A DNA stretch of 64,000 bases from the human T2T-CHM13v2.0 reference genome, Homo sapiens, in the NCBI RefSeq assembly GCF_009914755.1, contig NC_060927.1; one strand, given 5' to 3'. Below the pieces are notes generated by a model. The model searched no databases. It was given only the letters and a program-made list of their open reading frames with translations, and was not told the origin of the DNA. A program made the position numbers and the translations under genes. Positions 55,863 through 64,000 of the stretch are shown here, piece after piece (within the stretch, counting starts at the first letter, position 1; each line of letters opens with the position of its first letter).

Positions 55863-56933
55863 GTGTTGAAACCCGGGTTTTTTATGTTTACTAGTGACAC
55901 CTATGTGGGATGTGTATTGTTTCTACATATGAGGGCAAGAGACTTGTTCAAATCATGAAAAAGTTAGTAACAGAGGTAAAACTAGAATGTTTATCTCCTG
56001 ACTCCTGGAGCAGGGTTCATTCTAGTAGACTATGCCAGCTCAGAATTGAGCCCTGATAGAACTTTTCGGTAGATGACTATTTGTCAGGAAGGTGGCAGAA
56101 CCTAGCAGAACATCATTTGAGCTCATATCTAATGTCAGAGTTAACTTTGAAACCTGTTTCACACTTGTTACATTGATTCTTTAGTGTGAAAGAAATACGC
56201 ATTTACTTAGTGCTTTATCATCTGTACCTTAAACTCTTCAGGATATGCTGGTGTCCAGTTGTCTCCAGTCTAACATTGAAAATTGTAGTTTAAAAAGCTT
56301 TAAAATTTGCTCCCTCCCCGCCAAAAAATAGAAAAAAGGTAGACATGTTCAGATGACATTTGTAGTAATTCAGCTCACAAGGCAAGTCTTTAGCCATGAA
56401 GAAGGTTTGATTTGGAGGTAAAACTGTAGGGTGAATTTCTCTTCAGATTCTAATTCTCCCCGGTTTGTCCTGTCGCAGACTTCCCAGACATTTAGCCTCT
56501 TTCCCCATCTTTAATACCATTCTTAGAGACCCTGGTTTAACAGTATCTGAGAACGCCAGGCTTTTAACAGATTAATCATAGTATAATGGTGCCATTAGGC
56601 ACCATCTTTCTAGACGCTGGGTATGAGGCCTTTAGAAGTCTGTCCTCATTCCTTCTTGCCCCTTTAATAGAGCATTGGTTTTTCTTAGGAAACATACGAA
56701 GAAACGAAAGCTCCCACTCAGTCACAGGATGCATTACCTCACCTCCATATCTGTTGCCCACATTTTCTAAACTGGGTGTCATCTTGACCTGCTTTGGAAC
56801 TTGACCTAACTGACAAAAGCTGAGCCTACTTACAAATTGAACTAGTATCTCAAGTTTGAGAAACAATGTGTTACTCGCTTGAAAGTTATCCCCTTTACAA
56901 GTCACCATATCCATTCTCATTCTTTTCTTCTAG

Positions 56934-57006
56934 CTGTTGTCTAGCAGGTCGTGCCTATCCCCTTGGTGACATCCCTGAAGATCTGGTTCCCTTGGTTAAA
57001 AACCAG
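56934..57006 (+). CDS. VPS8: VPS8 coding exon (73 nt, 2-0): (S)CCLAGRAYPLGDIPEDLVPLVKNQ
   Basis: ttctag|C acceptor, CAG|gttggt donor. Confidence 0.95.
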
Positions 57007-57307
57007 GTTGGTACTATTTTTATAGCCTTTTGACTGTTCTCCGTCTCTGGTTAAGACGCACTGAAGACAAATTGCAGTTGAGGCTTACACGTGGGTCAGG
57101 AGCTATCACCTGTTGCAGGAGAGAGCTTACACACTATTACTAAAGTCAATAATTAGAGCTGAGAAAGAATTTAAGAGAGAACTTAAAATACAGTAGCAAT
57201 TTAAACTGAATTCAGCCTGCCTTTATTTTATCCAAATGAGAATCACTGCTTCAGCAAGATACTTTGTCAGGTGAGAAAATAATCAACATTTTTTTCCCAA
57301 CTTGCAG

Positions 57308-57427
57308 GTTTTTGAATTTCTAATTCGCCTGCATTCAGCAGAGGCTTCTCCTGAGGAAGAAATCTATCCTTACATTCGGACTTTGCTACATTTTGACACA
57401 AGAGAATTTCTCAATGTATTGGCACTG
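57308..57427 (+). CDS. VPS8: VPS8 coding exon (120 nt, 0-0): VFEFLIRLHSAEASPEEEIYPYIRTLLHFDTREFLNVLAL
   Basis: ttgcag|GTT acceptor, CTG|gtaaga donor; ORF 57302..57511. Confidence 0.96.
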
Positions 57428-57483
57428 GTAAGAGACAGTATTATTTTAAGGTGTTTTCAAAGAAGACAGAGCAATAATTTTTT

Positions 57484-57791
<308 letters not shown>

Positions 57792-57899
57792 TTAATAGAA
57801 AAATCCCATAATTCTTATGCAGGTACAGTTTTTATGCACTAGCAGTAAGTCAGGGTTTCAAATGTTTAATTTTGTTGTGCTACCCATTTTTTTCTCTAG

Positions 57900-57997
57900 T
57901 TCCTTGCCTTCCTCCCTTTCCCTCTTCCTCCCTCCCTCCTTCTATCCCTCCCTCCTTTCCTCCCTCTCTCCTTCTCTCTCTTCCTTCCTCTCTCTCT
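57900..57997. repeat. CT-rich low-complexity tract
   Basis: Directly visible TCCC/TTCC/TC degenerate repeat. Confidence 0.85.
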
Positions 57998-59348
57998 AAC
58001 ACACACTCATCAAAAAGTTAAGGAGAACTTAGGGCCTGGCATACAAAACATGGAAGGGAGATGCTGAAGGAGATGCGGTAGTGATGATAGTAAAAATAGC
58101 TGGAGTCGAAATGGAACGCGGAAGCTTTTTGCTGAAAAAACACCTTTATACGTGTTCAATTAGAGATGAACATGTACAATTTGGGTGAGCCAGGTTGTCT
58201 GTGCAAATGCCCCTGGGGAGTAATTAGATATAATGTATCTTCTGAATTAAATGGTATTGTTGTTTTTTGAAAAGCTTTTGATATTATGGAAAATGCTTAT
58301 AGTGTTTAGCTAAAGCAGCAGGCACACGAATATGCAAAACACACATATACACAGTATTTGGAGAAAAAAAGACAGGACGGAAATACACCTAAATATTAAT
58401 AGTGATTAACTCTGTGAGATGAAGCAAATTTCCCTAATAAGCCTATACTACTTTTATAAATTGAATTATATAAATATAATAAACTATTAAATTATTTTAA
58501 AAAGGTAAGTACTCATGAGAAGGTTATTATCATTTGAATTGGTTTAATTTGAAAATCTGACATCAGAAGTAGTAACTTTAATTGCATAGAAAGAAGAGAG
58601 GGAGAAACTTAGAAGTCAGATCTAGTTGGTTTAGGAAATTTTAAATGTCCAGAGGGGAACATAAGGGTAGTTGGTGACTGGCACATAGGAAAAAAAGAAA
58701 CAAGAAGTGATGGAGGAGGAGGTTTAGAAAGAGTGTTAGAGAAAACAAAGAACTTAATGTAATTTTTATTTCTTTAAGGGCTGTGGTAGCACCGAAACAC
58801 ATTTGGAATTATGTTGATGTCTGAATTATGACACTGGGATTTATAGTAAGGCTTCAAAACAGTCTCTGATTTGGTTGACAAATATTTGAGTGCATGGTAT
58901 ATCCCATGTATTATCTTCATTAGGGGATGCAGCCTTGGCAACAAGATATAAACTGCTTTTGTGGAGGAAGAGGATCCAGACTTGTAGATAAATAATTATA
59001 GCACAGTGTAATATATGCCTTAGGGGAAGTACAGGATGCTATAGGAACACTTAATGAGGGGCACCTACTGGAACGTTAGGGAATGTTTCTGAGATAAAAT
59101 GGTGTCTACACTGAGTCTCAAAACATTAATAGAAGTTAGTCAGGGGAAGGGTAGGAAAAAACATTGTAGGCAGAGGGCTGAATATATAGAAAGGCCTGGA
59201 AATGAGACAGAGCAATGAGTATTCAAGTAATTGAAAAAAATTCAATATAGCTGCATCTTTTAAGTATAAGGAGAAGTACAGAGAGAAACAAATCCAGAGA
59301 GGTAGGCAGATACCGAGTCTTGCAACCTGCAATAAAAAATTTGGACTT

Positions 59349-59695
<347 letters not shown>

Positions 59696-59759
59696 TGAAG
59701 CCTTTTAGGAAGAAAAATATATTAATTTTATACTTTAAAAAGATTCCCTTTGACTCTTG

Positions 59760-59972
59760 TGTCTTAGTCTGTTTGAGCTGCTATAACAAAATGCATAGAT
59801 TGGGTGGCTCATAAACAACAGAAATGTATTTCTCACAGTTCTAGAGTCTGGGAAGTCCAAGATCAAGGTGCTGGCAGATTCTGTTGGTTTAGGCACACGT
59901 CCGAGAGGCTTCCCTCCTAATAACCATCACATTGGTGATTAGGTTCTCAACATGAATTTGGGGGCATACAAA
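59760..59972 (-). mobile_element. MLT1A-type MaLR LTR, internally deleted
   Basis: TGTCTTAGTCTGTTTGAGCTGCTATAACAAAAT...GTCCAAGATCAAGGTGCTGGCAGATT. Confidence 0.85.
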
Positions 59973-62079
59973 TGGATTGAAATGAGATAAGATGGAGGCA
60001 GGGAGATCTGTTAGTAAATTTTGTAGTAATCTAAATAGAAGATAATGGTAGCTTAAATTAGGGCAGTGGCAGTAGGGATACCAAGAAGTGTAAGATATTT
60101 TAAGAGGCAAATCAGCCTCATAAAGAAGAATCGGTGATGGAGGCCACATGTAGCCCCAAAGCCAGAAATATTTACTGTCTGGCTCTTTACAGAGAATGTT
60201 GACCCGTGGATTAGGAGGTAGCTTGCTATCATTATTTTACAGAAGCCCCATAGTAATTTTTGAAGTACTACAAAAATATTTTTTTATGTCCAAATTCACA
60301 GATGACTTACAACTTGGGTTTTAGGTCTACCTTTGTACTTCAGAAACTGTAATTCTCCATTAGTACATCTTTGCATATTATTCCTCTAGTAAACATCCAT
60401 AATTAGAAGCATTTTTGTGGGATGATAATGGTCTAACAATGTGCCATTTTGGTGGCAGATGTTAACTACCACCAAAATAGTCATTAAGCATATCATAATA
60501 TTCACACTGTGGTATATCACCACTTAATTATGTTCACAGAATCAAACTACCAATATCTGTTTCAAAGGAGTGACTACTTGCTGCCAAAAGGAAAATGGTG
60601 AAGGAAATTCTTTTTTACTTGCTGTCACTGCCGTAGTTTTTAAATGCATGTGTTAATTCTCCATGGTTTTGTATTTTAGTTGAATAGCATTTATATTAGT
60701 GGATGGTACCTTCCCTTTGTACCTGCAGAGTATCATCTCACTTTAGCAGGCAGGGATGGGTGTCTATGTATGTGTGTGTTTGTTGTTCTCATGAATCCGA
60801 AGATAGAACTGAGAGAGACTTTGTAGTCCGTCTTCCTATCTTCAGTCAGGGTCATATTCAACCCACATATACATCAGAATAACTTCTATTGAGCCTTCCA
60901 CAGTAAGAGTTCCTACAGTCTCCTTGGTAACTCGTTTCAGCATTTCCCAGCTACCTGGCAGTAAAGCAGACTAGTTGAAAAAAAAAGTTGAGAATATTTT
61001 GTTTTTCTGTGCATCAAACAGGAGAAGGAAGGGAAGGACATACTAATAAGAGAACAGCATGAGCAAAGGTACTTTGGAGAAATTGGGGGAAATTCAGGCC
61101 CATTTAAAGAACAGTAACTACTCTTGTTTGAACAGGAGTATGATGTAGTCTTGAAAGTTCATGGCTGTGAAATTCCTTTTTATTTTTAGTCTACTGGGAC
61201 AATGCGTAGTTCATTTTCTTGTTTCAAGGAAATAGCAATAAATTAGTGCTACGTGGATTTAAACATTTCTCAGAATCAAATGAACTAAGTGAAAACCATA
61301 GGAACTATCTTTAAGTCTTTCATCATTCTTATTGTTCAGTAAAAATTTTCATTTCCATTTTTTGATAGTGGACATAATCTCAATTTCTTCATATATACTA
61401 TATGTACTAGGTTTTTTGTGACACACTGTTACATATACTGACAAACAGAATCTGGTATTGTAATTTATTTTGATGCATGTTATGTTCAAAGTATTTTGGC
61501 TGTGCTTGATCAGTTACATAAAATAAAAGTTGCTATAGTTGGCAGTGTTTTGAGAATAGTAAGTAGGCTTGAGAATTTTAACCTTTTTTTTACCATAATA
61601 ATTTTTAAAAATGCCTATCTTTGGACATCATTTTTCTTAATTGTCATGGAAATTGTGAAAGTTATTTTTATGACAGTTAATAAAATGTGTCTTAGTTATT
61701 TCCAAATAACAGACTGAATGATGGCTGAACATGTAGTATTTTATCCTTCTGTTCTCAAACCTTTGCTCCCAAATTACCTCTTTTCATTAGTGTTATCGCT
61801 CTCTTTTTTTTGCTTATGGACTTTGCCTTCCTTCCTTTCTCAAATTCTTATTTGTGATTTTTTTTTAAGTCTCAGAATACTGTGCAATATTAAATGCCAT
61901 AGCTTTCTACTTGACTCACTAAAAATAATGTCACGCAAGGTGTATAAGACAAAACCTAATGAGGAATAGTTATCTTATTTGAGAAATTACTTGGATTTTA
62001 TTAACAAGAATTTAATAACTTGTTTTCTTCTACATGTGCAAATAATAATTACTTTAAAAAATTTATTTCTCCCTTTTAG

Positions 62080-62151
62080 ACTTTTGAAGATTTTAAAAAT
62101 GACAAGCAAGCTGTGGAATATCAACAGCGAATTGTGGATATTTTGTTGAAA
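62080..62151 (+). CDS. VPS8: VPS8 coding exon (72 nt, 0-0): TFEDFKNDKQAVEYQQRIVDILLK
   Basis: ttttag|ACT acceptor, AAA|gtaagt donor. Confidence 0.96.
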
Positions 62152-63104
62152 GTAAGTATTCAAAGAATACATGTCTTTATATTGATATTTATATTAAGAT
62201 AGTTGAGCTGTTTTATAGCAGGTTATAAAATAATCTTGTTAAGTGGTTTCTTGGAATCATATCGTAAAATTTTATTACGGTGTCTTTGTTCTCAAGAGCT
62301 GAATTAAGTACTAATTATTTATTTTAAAAAATTTTTAGTGTATGTTGGCTTTAGACTGGGGACCGGAATAGAGGGCACTACTGTGAGAAAGGCATATGGT
62401 GATAATTGCTATGTTAGTATGATTACGTGTAATAATAGAGACTAACTTCAGAGTGCTTTGAGAAAACAATTAATATGGAGAATCTTCCTGTGTCTCATGC
62501 CAACTTCACTTTGTTGCTAAGGCAGTGCCGTATTCTATCATGGCACTGAGATGCTGGATGACACTTAAGAATGATTTGAGGCACACAGAAATGATCATCC
62601 CAGTATAAATCTAATTAGATTCAGGAGAAAGCTGTCTTGAGATTGATGCTGTTGCTAATGAAGAATGCAGGGAAAGGTTCTTTGCTTTTCCATCTGCATG
62701 ACTTCAGGCAGGCCAGTTTCCTCTTGTAGTTGAAAGCTTAGAGTTTTTATTTTTGTTCATTTGGCTGTAAAGTGGAGGTTTCTTTCTTTTAATGTTAAAT
62801 TATTTTGGACAAGACACCAGAATTAAAGTGTTTTCTAGTTGTGCATAACATCAATATGCTACATTTATAATAGTTCTGTATGTTTATATACGTTATTTCT
62901 TTTGAGCTATCAATTAATATTAATTTAACCTTGTAAGACAGGCAGTGATGATTATGAAAATAGGATTGCTGACCTGTCAGATGATGCCAGTTTGATTGAG
63001 TTGGCTAGTATGGAGAATTTTCACCTAGATTTATTCCCAGTCTTGTCCTCCTTTAATTTGTGACCTTGCCTCTCTTCTACCTAATACTCTTCCATGGCTT
63101 CCTA

Positions 63105-63887
<783 letters not shown>

Positions 63888-64000
63888 CCCGTCTAAACTG
63901 TTGAACATCCAAGATCCCTCTATATATTCTGGTCCTGACTAGGTCTCTATAACTGGTCCCTTCTGTCATCCATCTCGTCATCCTACCCCACACACCTTGT

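Noticed and set aside
60446-60478. 13-bp imperfect hairpin ATTTTGGTGGCAG/CTACCACCAAAAT
   Set aside because: One mismatch, short stem, no associated motif; plausible by chance in 64 kb.

Overview
Primate (human-like) genomic DNA: an internal 64 kb segment of VPS8 (CORVET complex subunit) on the + strand. I resolved 15 coding exons, all with GT-AG introns. They join into one open frame of 1311 nt / 437 aa (VKRDESGAIH...QQRIVDILLK); start and stop codons lie outside the window. Introns are dense in transposable elements: a near full-length Hsmar2 mariner, MADE1, a FAM and about 18 Alus, old L1M and young L1PA fragments, L2, L3, MIR, MER20/MER58/MER5, and several solo LTRs including a sense LTR6-type copy. 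I found no new protein-coding system, RNA gene or CRISPR array. Best leads: (1) a candidate 14-nt poison microexon that creates TGA at its junction; (2) a TSD-flanked retrocopy of a polyadenylated RNA; (3) a C-rich VNTR grown inside an Alu tail; (4) a sense solo LTR with TATA, polyA signal and splice donor upstream of an in-frame ATG; (5) a perfect TACTAAC-containing hairpin beside a candidate 27-nt microexon. Repeat subfamily names are recalled from consensus sequences, not computed. Boundaries of old repeats are approximate.
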